DNA of 64,000 nucleotides. It comes from Marsupella aquatica (lineage: Eukaryota; Plantae; Marchantiophyta). Positions 1 to 13,573 of this stretch are shown piece after piece; the first letter of the stretch is position 1, and each line of letters begins with the position of its first letter. The position numbers were made by a program, and so were the translations under genes. The stretch covers positions 23,830,015 through 23,894,014 of the forward strand of contig OZ316893.1 in assembly GCA_973895155.1 (NCBI GenBank). Direction: 5' to 3'. The notes under the pieces were generated by a model. It was not told the DNA's origin, searched no databases, and saw only the letters and a program-made list of their open reading frames with translations.

Positions 1-2699
1 CCGTTGCTCTACGGTCGAGATGTTCTTATATCACGCCGCTTGTACAAGAGGACTCGATAGTGCGCTGATGATGAGTTTTGGGTGATTATCCTGTTGGACG
101 CCTTTCTGTGTTCAAAATTCTTTTGAACCTTGGGAGCAGCTTTCGTTGTACCGTAGGCCCTATCAGGTTCCCTCACAAAGGAAATTATTGTTTAAATTTC
201 AGTCGGAGACAAGATTTTCGCTTGGAAAAACATTTGCATAGTTCAGGAGTTTTATAAGTTTTTTATGTAAAACATTGATTTGTCACTGTCTAAATTGCTA
301 TCTAAGGCAAAGCATTAAATCTAGTGAAATTATTTATGGCATACGCAAACTTGATTGTTCGTATAATAAGATTTAGCACTGCCGATGAATAAGGATACAG
401 AAAATTTAACAACCAGAGACGCCATGAGGTATAGACTGCAAATTTCCTATTCAGGAGAACTTTACAAGACTTTGGCTGCACCTGCGAGGTTTTTCACCAA
501 AGTAAACTAAAGGGCCATTCAAGCAGTGCTGAATCCAGTTTAAAGCATCAGCTGATATTTCTGGTCCCCAAAGAAATGCTGCCAGAAAGAGCCTTAAAAT
601 CCAGCAGCTTACAATAAAATCCCAACAGGTAAATCTGGGATCTTTGAAAAATTGCAAAGTGATAGTTTGAACACCCTTTCTCCCTCCTGGATATGACCCC
701 CCACTCCCCCCCCCGCCCTTCTCTTGTGGGTTACCCTACAGAAGTGCATGCTCCGGAGTTGATCATCTATCCTTTGTTGGATGGGTCGCCTTATGTTTCA
801 AGGCAGAAAAAAGTGCAAAGTGATCCGATCATCAATGTGAATCCAATGAATGATCGCCGGCAAAACATAACTCCCCAAAAACTAGCATGAGATACTGGCA
901 ATGTCTCACAGAGATGGAAATGGTAGGAAGGGGAGTTGTTGAGTGACAGGGAAAACAACCAGGTAAATTGAAATGTCCCATGCAAGAATTAACCAAGTGT
1001 GAGGTTGGAATTAACCTGGCAAGCAAAATGTCCAATGGAAAAAGCTCTACCTGGCTTTTCAATTTGTAGCTCACTAGGGTTTTAGTTATGTTGGTTTGTT
1101 TGGAACTCGGCTTGCTAGCTCTTGGGCTTTCCTTTGTTTACTTCTTGATTGATTTTTTTGCGTTTGTGATCCTTTCTCCTGGTCTGGCACCTTTTACTCT
1201 TTGCAAGTGTTCTATATGGAGGGTCTACCTTATGTGGTATCCTCAGCCAAAGAATCTAGTTGACTTTTCCTAGTGTGAGATACGATGCACTTTTTGTTTA
1301 TGATTAGCAAGATAAAAAGTATATATTATATATTTCTGTCCTATGCGACCTTCCCCAATTGCATCCTATGGCAAACAAATATATCAAGGGGAGGGGGCCC
1401 TATGTCCTAAGAGACCTCCCCTGTTTGTATCCTGTCTCTTTTATCTGAGTTTGAAGGCCAAACATCTACAGCACAATGGGGAGGGGGTATTGCAAAAGAA
1501 CATTCTACCAAAAGTGACTATGCTGAAAAACTTCACTTATGTTATTACACGAGAAATTATCTTGATGGACCCCCAAACCAACCCCATCAGTTTTTGGGTA
1601 CGTTGATTTAAGATCTATCAACAGTCTGGATCACTCATGGGGTCCATCAAGTAAATCTTTCTATTATTATGACAAAATAAACAACAATTTACCATCAAAG
1701 AATAAGAAGATCCTTTTGCATCTTTTGAATATAAGCCGAGTACACAGACAGATAAGATTACCCAGCCAAAGTATATAGACGGCCGACCTTTTGTAGTGCA
1801 AGACAAGATGCACTTTTTGCTATAACTGGCAAGATAACAAGGAGGGGGTTGTTCTACGGGACCTTCCCCGTTTGTGTCCTAAGGCAGAAAAAGATAACCA
1901 GCGGGAGGGGGGCACTGTCCTGTGGGGCCTCCCGTGTTTGTATCCTGTCTCTTTTATTTGATTGAAATCTCATTTTGTAGGCAAAAAACTGTTGGAAACA
2001 TTCTTTTACGAGAAAACAAACAATAATTTATTATTAAAGAATATGCGTTTTGCATCTTTGTAGGCGTGACCATTGGGCGACTTTTGTTATTGGCAGTTGG
2101 GAAATGAGTAATTTTGAAATGAGTGTTATGGTTGCACAGAGTATTTTACAGAGGAACTTGTGTTTTAATAAATTAAAAGGCTATGTTTGTTTGTGTTATT
2201 GGCAGGTTTGTGTTGCATTTAAGATGGGGAAGATACAAGAATTAGTTTTCAAGCAAAGCTATAAATTCCAAAACATAGTTGACATTTTTTTTATGCTGCT
2301 ATATGGTGAATACACTTTTCAGATTTTTTCTTATTCATATTTTCAGTCATATATTTTAATTTCAATGTGCCTTCTCTAGGTGTATCATTTGTTGTATCAT
2401 TTGTGTCATATAGATTAGGAATGAATTTTGGGACCCCTTTTAATTTTGCTATTTTAGAGGATTTTAAGTTCATTTTGACATCCCTCTTCAATTTTTAATC
2501 TTTGCTATTCTAAGCATTTACTCTACCACTAATTTTGAACTTCTACCAGTTGCGGTTGCAGAGAAGAAATTTTATTTGTTCTCATGAACTAGAGAAATGA
2601 ATAGAAGTGTGGATAACTAGTGTCTTAAATTCAATATTTTGTGATTTAATCCCCCTGAGGATCCTCAATTTGTTTTTACAGTTTTCTTCTCCTTTTGCC

Positions 2700-4400
2700 A
2701 GTGTATTGTAGTTGGCCGTTTGCCTCCTCCCGTCTCTTGGCTCTTAAGTGTTTCTCATTTATTGGCCATGGATAAGTCTTCACCAGGTGTTCGGTCAATA
2801 GCTATTGGACAAGTATTTCTTTATCTTGTGTCTCACACACTTTCATCACGTACAGTATTGCTCTACACTATCGGATCACCTCTCTCCACATCAGTTTACA
2901 ATGGGCGTTCTTGGCGGTTGTGACGCAGTTATTGCGGGTATTCGCACTAGCTTGGACCTCCACCCTGATTGGGTTGTCCTCCAGGTTGATGTCTCTAACG
3001 CTTTCAATACGGTTTCTCAGACAGCATTTTTTTGTGCTTTGAGGGCAGCGGATCCAGACATCCAATCCCTTATCCCCTTTGTCTGTTGTTTTTATGGACT
3101 CAAGGCCCCACTCTTCTATAGTCATCACACCTCTACTAGAGTGATACCACTCTTTCTTCTGTAGAAGGTACACGTCAGGGTGACCCTTTGGGTGGGCCTC
3201 TTTTTGCCATTGCCCATTTTACAACTTTACAGGAAGCCGTCGTGACCCACCCCCAGTGTATCTTCCCCTCCCTTTTAGATGACACCCACATCATTGGTCC
3301 TCCCGCAGCGGTTACTTCTGCCCTCGCCACTCTTTCCACCCATTTGATGGGCCTTGGTTTACGGGTTCAGCCTGTGAAGAGTTGTGCATGGAGTCCAGTT
3401 GGGTTACTCTCTGATCTTGCGCTTCCCCCAGGGTTCTTACGTCCAACCGATGGTCTTTGGGTCCTTGGCTCCCCAGTCAGTACCACCTCATTTTGCTCAT
3501 CTTTCATCGTTGACGCTCTACAGGCTGCCTTGGCCCCTACTCCTATGCTCCCTAAGTTAGCAGATTCTCAGGCAGCATTTGGGATGTGGTTGAGGTGCAT
3601 CCACCCTCATGCGTCTTATTTGGCTAGGACGCATCCCCCTACCGAGGATCTTTGTCTCCACCTTTGAGCGTTTGATGTCTCGATTCATGAGACTTTGGCC
3701 TCTCTTTTAGGGCCAAGTACGTTGCTCTCATCTCAATGGCTTCATCGATAGCTCATTCTTACTATTTCTCAGGGTGGGTTTGGGCTTACTTCCATTGAGC
3801 GCCTTGCACTTTTGGCCTTTTTGGGCGGCCGCCTTCTCATTTTTGGCCGATTGTTTCCTTATTGAGGATCAACCTTTTTTACTCTCGTTTTTACTTTCAT
3901 CTCTCATGGAGGTAGAGGGAGGGTTCCCTCCCATTTCAGGTTCATTTGCGCTCGGCGTAGTCATCATTACCAGATCCTGTTTGCGCTGTGTTACCTTCAT
4001 TTTTGGAGTTTTTATCCTTGGACCCCGTTTGTCTTCAGGCAGATCTTGTTGGGCATATGCATGCTTTCACCCTCTCCTGACCAGCATTCTCTCTGAGGCA
4101 CCTAACACGAACCGAGCTCGGATTCTTTCTTCAGGAGGGAATGGAGGATGGCTTCAGGCCAATCCAGTCATTCCTCATCTACGGATGTCTTCAGCGGAGT
4201 TCTTGACAGCCATGTGTCTTGGTATGGGGCTGCCCCACCCACTTCTTGCAGGTTTACCTCCTTCTTGCACTTGTGGGAAGCCTTCTGATGCCACAAGTTT
4301 CCATCTTCTTTGGTGCAGTTTGGGAGGTGAAACCATTATTGTTCACAACGTTGTGAAAGATATGACTGCTCAGGTTCTCTTGGGCTCTTTGGTTTTAGTG
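2700..4400 (+). pseudogene. Decayed non-LTR retrotransposon (RLE/CRE-like): reverse transcriptase plus zinc knuckle, truncated at both ends
   Basis: RT motifs spread over broken frames: GVRSIAIG, QFTMGVLGG, LQVDVSNAFN, GTRQGDPLGGPLF, LLDDTHIIGP, GLGL; then CTCG...HLLWC..GG....HN (zinc knuckle plus RHN-like motif). Stops and frameshifts present; endonuclease domain missing. Confidence 0.8.
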
Positions 4401-4544
4401 GCAATGTAGTTAAAAGTTGTATTTGGTTAACAATGGAATAATTTTGTAACTCAACAATCATGTATGCTAATTGCTGAGTAAACATGCACTTGTCAAACAT
4501 GCAACAAACACAATTAAAGTCACTATAACATATTTGACACTTTT

Positions 4545-5005
4545 GCGAAGGTATTTTTGTCGACGCTCTTGTATTTCTGATGGGCGGCGCTTGGCATAAT
4601 TTGCGCATCAACCCACATCGCAATTTGTGATTCTATCCCTATCGCAAAGATAATACTTGAAGCGCATTATATCGCTAATATGTTGCGAAGTAAATGATTT
4701 TGCAAGTTTTACCAAAACGCGCCGAATGGAAAGGCGCCTTCTGAAGACGCCGAAATCGCTCGCCGACTCCAAAACTAACTGATGTAAATATTTGCGAAGA
4801 AGGTTGGATTGAAATGGTTTTGCGATAGTATTTGTTTGACAAGTTTAAGAATGTCGGAGGATGGAAGATTTGCGAAACGGTGAGAATATGAAATTTGTGA
4901 TTGATTTTGCATCACAAGGTTGAAAATAGTATAGTATGGAAATATTGAGAAACGAGAAGCTTCATAGAAATTGCGAGTCCGGTGAGATTTATGAGCTTCG
5001 CAAAT
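4545..5005. repeat. CACTA left subterminal TTGCGAA-type repeats
   Basis: Many TTGCGAA/TTGCGA/TCGCAA motifs in both orientations, mirrored at 50720-50990. Confidence 0.8.
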
Positions 5006-5482
5006 TGTTCACAAACTAAAAATTAAGATTATTGTGAGGTGAGACAATGAAGAGGGTGGATGGTCCAATATATGGATGGGGCAGGAGGGAAGAGGAAGTA
5101 AGGATGGAGGGAGGTACAATGAAGGATGGAAAGGGAGGGAGTACAATGGAAGAGGAAGGAGGGAGGAGAAAGAGGAAGGGAGGAGGAGGGACAGACGTAC
5201 CACAGAGGAGGGAAACACAAGGGTGACAATGAAAATTATGGAATAAGTAGGAAATAAAGTTATATTGAGCAACAGAGGTTAGATAGAAAGTTGCATGTAA
5301 AATTCACAAGTGATCACAATAAAACAATACGATACATATGTCATGAGTATGACTCATTCAAAAGTGAATGGCAAATATAAATTATATAGACAATACTTTT
5401 TTTTATATCACCAAACATGAACAAATCAAATATAACATGAACAAATGTCTAGGCTGGATCCAAGTGCATATAAATATGTCTC

Positions 5483-8400
5483 TCACACTTGGTCCTCATC
5501 GGCCTCAAGGTCATCTAGGTCTGATACAATAACATCTGGCTTCTCAGAAACAATGGAACAAGAACGTGGCACATAGGTGATGACAATTGACCACTCGGTG
5601 TCTAAGGGGTATGGAATGTAGAAACATTGCTCCAAGTGTGACGGGAAAGCAAATGGTTCTGATGTTTGCCAATGAGATGCTTGAACACTAGTGGCACTTG
5701 TCTTCAACCGTGTAAACTCACTCTCATCTTGAAGTACAGTGCAATTTTGACCAACAAGGTTCACTTTGAACCACTTGCACTTGAAGACATATTCCTCAAA
5801 CTTTGAATGGTTGTCATATGATACCACCAAGATCTCCTCTATCTTCCCATAGTGTGGCACAACATCTCTAACAATGTTCCTGTCATGGCGGTTGCTTCTA
5901 GAGTCTTGAGAAAATTCCCCTTGAACTCCACAATCAAAAGTACGACCCCTCTTCTCATCAAGGGAAGAAACCCTGAAATTAACAAAACCCACAAATTTTT
6001 ATTACACAAAAGATACCATTAATGTAATAATCATCAAAATATGACACCCATCCCTAAATAGCCAAAACCCACATGGCCTATGGCATAAATATAGAAGCCA
6101 ACATTACAGTTATGGATGTCATTAATGATAATAGAAAGTTTTTAAACAATAGAAATAACTAATCAAAATAAGGTCTACATGAATTAATAGAGGAAGAAAG
6201 GTTAGGTACTAGTGGACCTGAAGTGTCTCCCTTGTGTCCACATAGCCGTCTTGGATGTCACTACTCTCAAAGGGCCATGAACAATGGTCCGAACGTCATC
6301 TGTGATGGTAGGAAAGTGGGACACATCTCCTCCTTGTGTCACCATGTCATCCAACTCAAGCAACTTTTGCTTCATATACTCATGCATCTTAGGAAAAATT
6401 CTTGCTCTTTGACTTGTTCTCTTGGCATTCTCATAAAACTCTCTCCATTTCTCCATGATATTACTATTACTCAACATAAATATTGTCAACTGTGACCACT
6501 TTGTTGATGTCAACATGCGTGTTTTTGTGGCACCTGTTAAACGGTCCTCCTCCTCTTCTCTTTCCTCCATCCAAGTATGTGGACAAGTAGGATCAATGGT
6601 GGCCAAGACGTCACTACAATAAAACATACTCTCTGCTGCCAAGTATCATGTAGCTATGCTTCCCTCCACCCGTGCACGGTTACGTACATAAGCCTTCAAC
6701 ACCGCCATGTAATGCTCAAGCCAATACATCCATCTACAATGCACTGGACCAGCAATGGCAACCTCCCGCACAAGATGCACAAATAAATGAACCTGACAAT
6801 CAAAGAAGGAAGGAGGAAGGGCTTTCTCCAACTTGCATACCACCTCAGCTGCCAATACCTCCATCCCAAGGATCTCTTCTACATATATCTCCTTTGAGCA
6901 TATCCATCTCAACAAACGACCCAATGACCAGATGACATCTTGCACTTCTTCACTCCCTATACCTATAATTGCCACTAGCAATATATGCTGCAATAGGCGA
7001 TGATAGTCTGTGTCTTCAGATATCGTGGCCACTTGTGATTGTCCTCCATCCCAAAAGCTTTTCGAAGGTTGGCACCATAGCCTATAGGAAACCGCATCTC
7101 TCCTATACGGTTCCGAAATTCATGTCTTTGGCCAACACTCAACACCCAAGGAGCAGAAGGACGATTCTCCACACCTGTGATAGGATTAGTTGTCACCCAA
7201 ACATCTGGATGTATTTCCATCTCCTCGCATGCCTCCCTAAAATTAGTGTTTTTCTCCCCATAAAAATGCTTTATCAAAGCCTTCCCCACATTTCCCTCTA
7301 TGTGCATGGGGTCTAAGAGATGGCGGATCTTCAACTCAGACCAATAGGGCAAAGTGGCTAGTATACTCCACCTGGTCAAACCTGTCCTATCAAAGGTGAA
7401 GGAATCATTTGGGTCTGCCGCCCTATCAGCTAGTGACTTCCAATGTGCAAAACTTGTTGCATCAGGAATTTCACGCTCATCACCAAATGGCATGTCAAAG
7501 GAGGAGAATAGAAGTGGGTCAAACCTCATCTCATGCCCCATGGGAAGAAACTTTGTATGCCCAATATAAACAATCTTTCTAATCCATGAACAATATGTGG
7601 CCATGTCCTCTAAGCTTGGGCCACAAGTACAGCAAGCTTTGTACCCCTGAGTTTGCAATCCAGAGACAAAACCAAACCCTGCTTACACAGAAGAAATCAA
7701 ACCATGCAAACTTTATGTTAGGGTTGTCACATGATCGAGAAACAACAATAGGAACTACACATTATCGAAGGGTTGCAAATGGCATGGAAGTCATCTTACC
7801 AGGATAGTCATGCATTGTCCAACAAATGATCCCTCTCAATTGAAAGACACGTGGAAAACCTCCTGTAATTTTCCTGCCATCATATGCCCACACTCCATCC
7901 CATAATTTTTGAAGTTCTCCAACCAATAGTGCCAAGTAAGTGTCAAAGTTCTTCACCTTTTTTGGACCTGGGATAATCAAAGACAATAAAAGGAACCCCT
8001 TCTTCATGGATAGCCATGGTGGGAGGTTATAATTCATGACAACCACAGGCCAAACTGATGTAGGTTGCCCCTTTCCTCCAAGTGAATGAGGGCTAACTCC
8101 ATCAGATGCCAATCCTAGCCTCACATGGCGAGGATCATGTGCAAAGTCTGGCCATGTTGCCTCAATATGTTTGTGAGCAGGGGAGTCAACTGGCAATCGC
8201 ATGACACCAGACTCTGATCGATGAGTCTTATGCCATACCATCAACTCTGCCAAGTCAGAACATCGATACATGTGCAACAACCAAGGAATGATGGGAAATT
8301 AACCAACGAACAGCCTTCATTGGCACCTTCTTTGTTAGCATGTTGGGGTCATAGCGAGGCTCATCACATGTTGTACATTGTGTCATGTTTGCATTGGCCC

Positions 8401-10309
8401 CATGAAATAACATGCAATCATTCACACATGCATGAACAATATGATATTCCATGCCAATAGATGAGAGAACACTCTTTGCCTCCTTCCAAGTTGCTGGCAA
8501 CACATTCTCAGTGGGTAACATAAGGTCATGGCAAAGTGCAAACTTATCAGATAACAAGGCATTGCTTGCCTTGTGTTTGGCCTGTAGGTTCATCAACCCC
8601 AAGATGGCTGAAAGACAACTCAAACAAGCCCCCTCATAGATAGGTGTTCGGGCATGTTCCTTTGCTTCTTCCCATTGGTGTTGTCCCTCAGGGGTATGTC
8701 TTGGGCGTGGATCATTGGGGGGCACCTGCCCTTCATTGGGAAGGTCATCACCAGGGTTGTCGGCACCAAACCAATCAACCATATGTCATCCATGGCTCTA
8801 TCTTGGTCATCAGTTACTTGTTCATCCGTCCGAGGTACCTCTTCGATCATCAAGGTTACTGCTTCCACTTGCACTTGATGAGGAGTGTGACTCTGATCCA
8901 TGTCCTTCTTCTGGCATACCCATTTCTCGATATGTTGCTCTCAATCTCCGTGGTAACATATTTGGAGAGGGTCGCACATTCTAAAAACAAAGCAAACAAT
9001 TGAAAGTTATATTGCAAAGAGAACACACACAAAAATGGGCTAGGGGTGTGCAAAAATGAAATAATATTGGTTGTGGTGCAAATACAAAACATGGCCAAAG
9101 GCCATATGTAGTGTCATTTGATATGCAACATACCACCTATGACCCTTAACTTAACCCTAATCCCACTCATAGTGAGTAAATAACTCATCCCCTGAGTTAA
9201 TGGTCCTCGTCGCTACAACTAGGCAATGGTCATGATGATATGTCTGGCCATAAGGTGCTGGTGGAGGACCCTCAATGAAAACCCACTCATAATTTTGTCT
9301 ACGCTTAGGGCGAGTCCCCACGGTACTGTTTATAAACCAACAATATTCCCAGTCCGTATGGGGTCCCCATCTATGACACGCTGCTCACTATACCTTCTAG
9401 TGTTTCCATCAAAAGTATCCATGTCCAATGCATAAGTCTTCCACTCAGGGTGTTGTGCAAGGATCATGTTCCAATGTCTTCTCTTGTAGATGGGTCCACC
9501 ATAAGGAAACAAAGTAGGCCCCTCTCGGCTGCGTCCACCTCTACCACTCTCGGTGTCCACAATGATGTCCTCCCAGGAAAAAACTCCATAGCCATGTCTA
9601 TCCCCAAGTGTGGAAGGTTTGATAACCCAACGTCTACCCCAAACCTCTACCTCCTCACCGTAGGAAAGCTATTGTGGCAAACCAAGAGTCTCAAGATCCC
9701 AGTCCTTGATGATAGGGACACATCTGCCAGTGAACTCACAATCACCCCACCTACCCGTAACCACTGCCTTTGTACAAATCAGTATCCCCTCGGGCCCGCC
9801 TCTTGGAACGCTTTCTCCCTCTTGGGACAATAGCCGCAACCCCAACTTCCCTAGGACTGGTGGGCCTTGCCGCTAGACCCAAGGCTTGTGAGAATGCATT
9901 GCCTATAGCATCTACAACACCTTGTGATGGGACATAGGGTGCTTGTGCCGCAGGTCTAGGCCTATTGGATACCTATTCCACCGAAACCAAAACAAACAAA
10001 AGTAGGTGTGAAATTAAAAACCTTCAACCATTGAGTAATGGGAATAGGGTAGGAAAACTAAGGCATAACACTTACCATATGAGATGAAGAAGCCCCTGCC
10101 GTATGACATCCACAACGCCCATATCTCTCAATATGTTGGGCACATATGTAAGATTTTTGGGAAACCTGACCCACACATCTGGAACATTCACAAAGTTGAC
10201 GGGGTGGACCGCGAGGAGGAGGTGCGGTCGTGTGATGTTGAGGTGGAGGTGGTTTATCTTCATCAGAGGAGGACGAGTCTGTGGTGGAGATTTCAGAAGA
10301 TGAAGACAT
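5483..10309 (-). pseudogene. CACTA Tnp2/TnpD transposase (Transposase_21, DUF4218- and DUF4216-like), multi-exon, disrupted
   Basis: CECSRC...H N-terminal motif (10058-10309); HACVNDCMLF..CTTC (8255-8782); DSPAHKH...RHVRLGLASDG...NYNLPPW...IIPGPK...WTMHDYPG (7762-8280); LPYW...HLLDPMHIEGNV (6975-7658); FFDCQVHLFVHL...GPVHCRWMY..E (6646-7032); YGKIEEI...FKCKWF...EPFAFPSHLEQCFY (5483-5992). Frameshifts present. Confidence 0.92.
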
Positions 10310-12425
10310 ATCCCCTTTAACAAGATATAATTAAAATGGGCATGTTATGACCAAAACATACCACAAAATGATATAAATCAAAGTTCCCAAATAATGATGA
10401 CAAGAAACCCAAACCAAAATGACCATAGCAATAAAAAAGGTACCTTTATGAGACCCAGGCTCAGGAGTGCCAATAGGTCTTGTGGCTCTAAGATAATTAA
10501 TGAACCCAATCTGAAAGTATGAGGGAAAAGTTGCAAGCATTCCATGTATATGTAAGCACAATAATCTGGACCAAACAAGAACAAAAAAACCCTATATACA
10601 TGTCCCCTTTATACATAATGGCAACCAAAAGTGTTAAGTACATGAAATGAACACTTGAGCCAGTCATGCAATGTTTACCTTTCAGATGCCCGGGCTCTCA
10701 CAATGCATATGCATTAGTATCAAATCATCAAAAAGTGCCGCACCCTGCAAGCTATCATATATTCCCCTCCTTTGTTAGCAAAACCCATGCCAATCCCTTT
10801 TTGATTCATAAACCCAATGAACCTCTCTTAAACCCAAAAGGCTGCAATATAAATCTCATGAAACCTTGCTTTGTCTTATCCAAACCTTCAACCCCAAACC
10901 GCATCCTACCTATTAAACCTAAATCTGACTTACACATAAACCCAAACCTTTCTTCAACCCTAGAGACCTTTCTATTTAAAAACCCCAAACCCTAAAACCC
11001 TAAACCAAAACCTTACTTATTTCTTGTAAACCAAATCCCACACCTTTATTATTTCTTCTAAACTAATGTAAACCCAAACCTTAGCCTAAACCAACACCAT
11101 ACATATTAACCCCCTGGGCCCCCACTCCTTTCTAATACGGGGAGGACGTGAGAACCGTTCAAGGGTCATTTTTATCCCTTCGGCGGTAATTTTTATAATT
11201 CGCTTACAATTCCGCAACCTCCGCATATATACCGAAACCACTTTGTAATTTTGTAAGACCCCTTGAAATGACATCCTTCTTACTTTTGCGGAAGGGTAAA
11301 TCAATAGGTAGCAACACACGACATCATATTATTGGTACACGTGTCAAATTATAATTGGTACACGAGTATTATCCTTACAGTATCCATATCTCCTTCATAA
11401 ATTAAAATGTTAATACTGGCTATGCTAAGCTAGAAAAGTTTTGAAGGGAGGATTGGGGGCGATCCCAGGGGCGATGGGGGATGGACCGGGTGTGTGGAGT
11501 GGTGGGGGTTTTGGCGGGGAATTTAAGAAAACACATCTGGGATGACTAAAACCATTGGATTAGAGGGAGAGCAAATCGAAGCCATTGAATCGGCGATCCA
11601 TGGCCTCGCCTGCGTTATGAACCCTAAGGTTTAGGGTTTAGTCATGAGACCGTCACCGCCCGGGATCAGCCCCCCCTCGTACCCCTGCTCCTCATTCTTC
11701 CTTTGCGCTCGGTCTCACCTTGCCTCGCGCTCGTTCTCGCCTCGCGCTCCCGCTTGCCTTGTGCTTGCTCCTGGCTCATCCGCCATTGCTGCTCGGCCGC
11801 CATCGCTGCTCGGCCGCCATCATCGATCCTCTGCCATCGCTGCTCCTTGTCCGCCATTGTTGCTCCTCGTTCGCCATTGCTGCTTTGGCCTTGTCCACCA
11901 TTGTCGATCCGCATCCGGCATTGTTGGCCCTCGTTTGCCTGTTCTTGCTCTTGCCCAGCATCGCTAAGTGCTCGCTTTGAAGGTCCTTAGTTTGGAAGGT
12001 CTTCCCCGACATTGCGATTGTCAAGGTCGTCTCAATCTCACCTACTCAAATGCTATGCTATGTGAACCTTCCACATTTTTGGCATGCATTGTTATCTCCC
12101 CGGTTATGTCTTCAATGTTCTTTGTGTTGCCTCAATGTTCCTGGGATTTGGCTGTGACTGTGCCAACTTGCGGATTTGCACGCCATTGCATTGTGATTTG
12201 TAGGATTTACGTGCATTTGACTGCCAATGCATTTGGCTGGATTTCAATGGATTGTTCTAAGTCATTGTGACTATCCTTAAGATCTTGATGCAATCGACAT
12301 GAGTGACATTTCATTGGATTTGCAAACGCTGCCAGCTTGAGTGCTTCATTGTGGAGATGTTTTGCTTGCAGATCATTTTTGAGAAACCCAGTGATCGAAG
12401 GAGATAGTGAAAGCTTCAGTGTTGC

Positions 12426-13573
12426 GTGTTGACTCTTCTGGGAGTGGACAGAAGAGGGATGGCAGTATTCCGAGCAGGAATCCATGCTGAAAAATTTATG
12501 TTTGTCTCTCAAGTGTACTCCAAACTGAAAGAGAGACTCAACATCAAAGGGCCAGTTCCCTGTTATTTGGCAGAAGATGAGACCACTGTCAAAAAAACAG
12601 TAAGGTACTTTCTCAGGCCCTCATGCATGATGTTAGTCATGTCATGGTGTTGGATCCTAGTTTCACCTTTATCTCTGTTTCAACTATTATGTAGGCTCCA
12701 TCTGGAAACCAAGATCTCAGTTTTGGTTTCTTGCAGGTGGCTGCCAAAACATGACACCATGATTGGATTTTGCGGCACCCAAACAGAGCATGTATGCCTT
12801 GTTGGGTGGGAGATAGAAGTGGGCGAAGGAGAACTTGGCTTCCACATCATCGTTGATGCTTTTGACAACAATGTGGTAGGGCAGATGGCTCGTTGTATAG
12901 TAGTCAATCCCCTTGCAGAGGGGTTCCCACGGTTGCTTATACTAGCTACAGGTACATGTAATAGATTTAAAGCTCCTTGGGTTAGAGAGCAGTGGGATAT
13001 CCTGGAGTCATTGTGGAACACTCATTGTCTGGAGAGCGTGGGGCCTTTACTCGGCCATGCAAGTGACGGTGATGCACGTAGGAGGAAGTTAATGTTGGAG
13101 GACTATACTGGTTGTCGGAAGGCAGGGCCAAGATTTAGCCTTGGGTGGGAAGGCTGGCAATTGAGCCACTCTATGACAGGTGATGGGCCATTGACCCACG
13201 CTGTTGGGCTACATGACCAAGACTATATCCACAATGGGAAGAAGTTAGTGTTCAACCCATTGGATTCTTCAGCTCATATATTGAAACTGGGGACTCAAGT
13301 GACCAACCTGAGTCATCTGAGACTTCTGTTAGGTTTATATGACCATGACCTTCATGGGCTGAACCATGATGATGTAACACAAATTGATAGGCAGAATTGG
13401 GCTAGTGCACAAAGGATTTGTAGTCGTAAGGCGGGTTCTACGCTGAGGATGTTGCGTCTGCGGAAGGATGCAAGGGTGGAGCTCGCACTTGGAACTGAGG
13501 TGTTTGTTCGTATGTGTGGAGATTATCTGGATATATTCATGAACCCTCGGCTCACTCTACGGGAGAGGGTTGT
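12426..13573 (+). pseudogene. P-element/THAP9-like transposase, cut by the Gypsy A insertion
   Basis: LAEDET (first D), GHASDGDARRR (second D), QDYIHNGKKL.NPL (DxxH motif), DRQNWASAQRICS (resembles P GTP-binding D-K/R-x-N motif); probable in-frame intron 12605-12736; ORF runs into the LTR at 13574. Confidence 0.68.

Noticed and set aside
1380-1965. Short direct repeats and a 13-bp inverted repeat (1561-1573 / 1639-1651)
   Set aside because: Probably a decayed TE remnant; no termini or TSD could be defined.
5040-5260. Leu/Pro/Ser-rich ORFs
   Set aside because: Translations of a GGA-rich purine tract within the CACTA.
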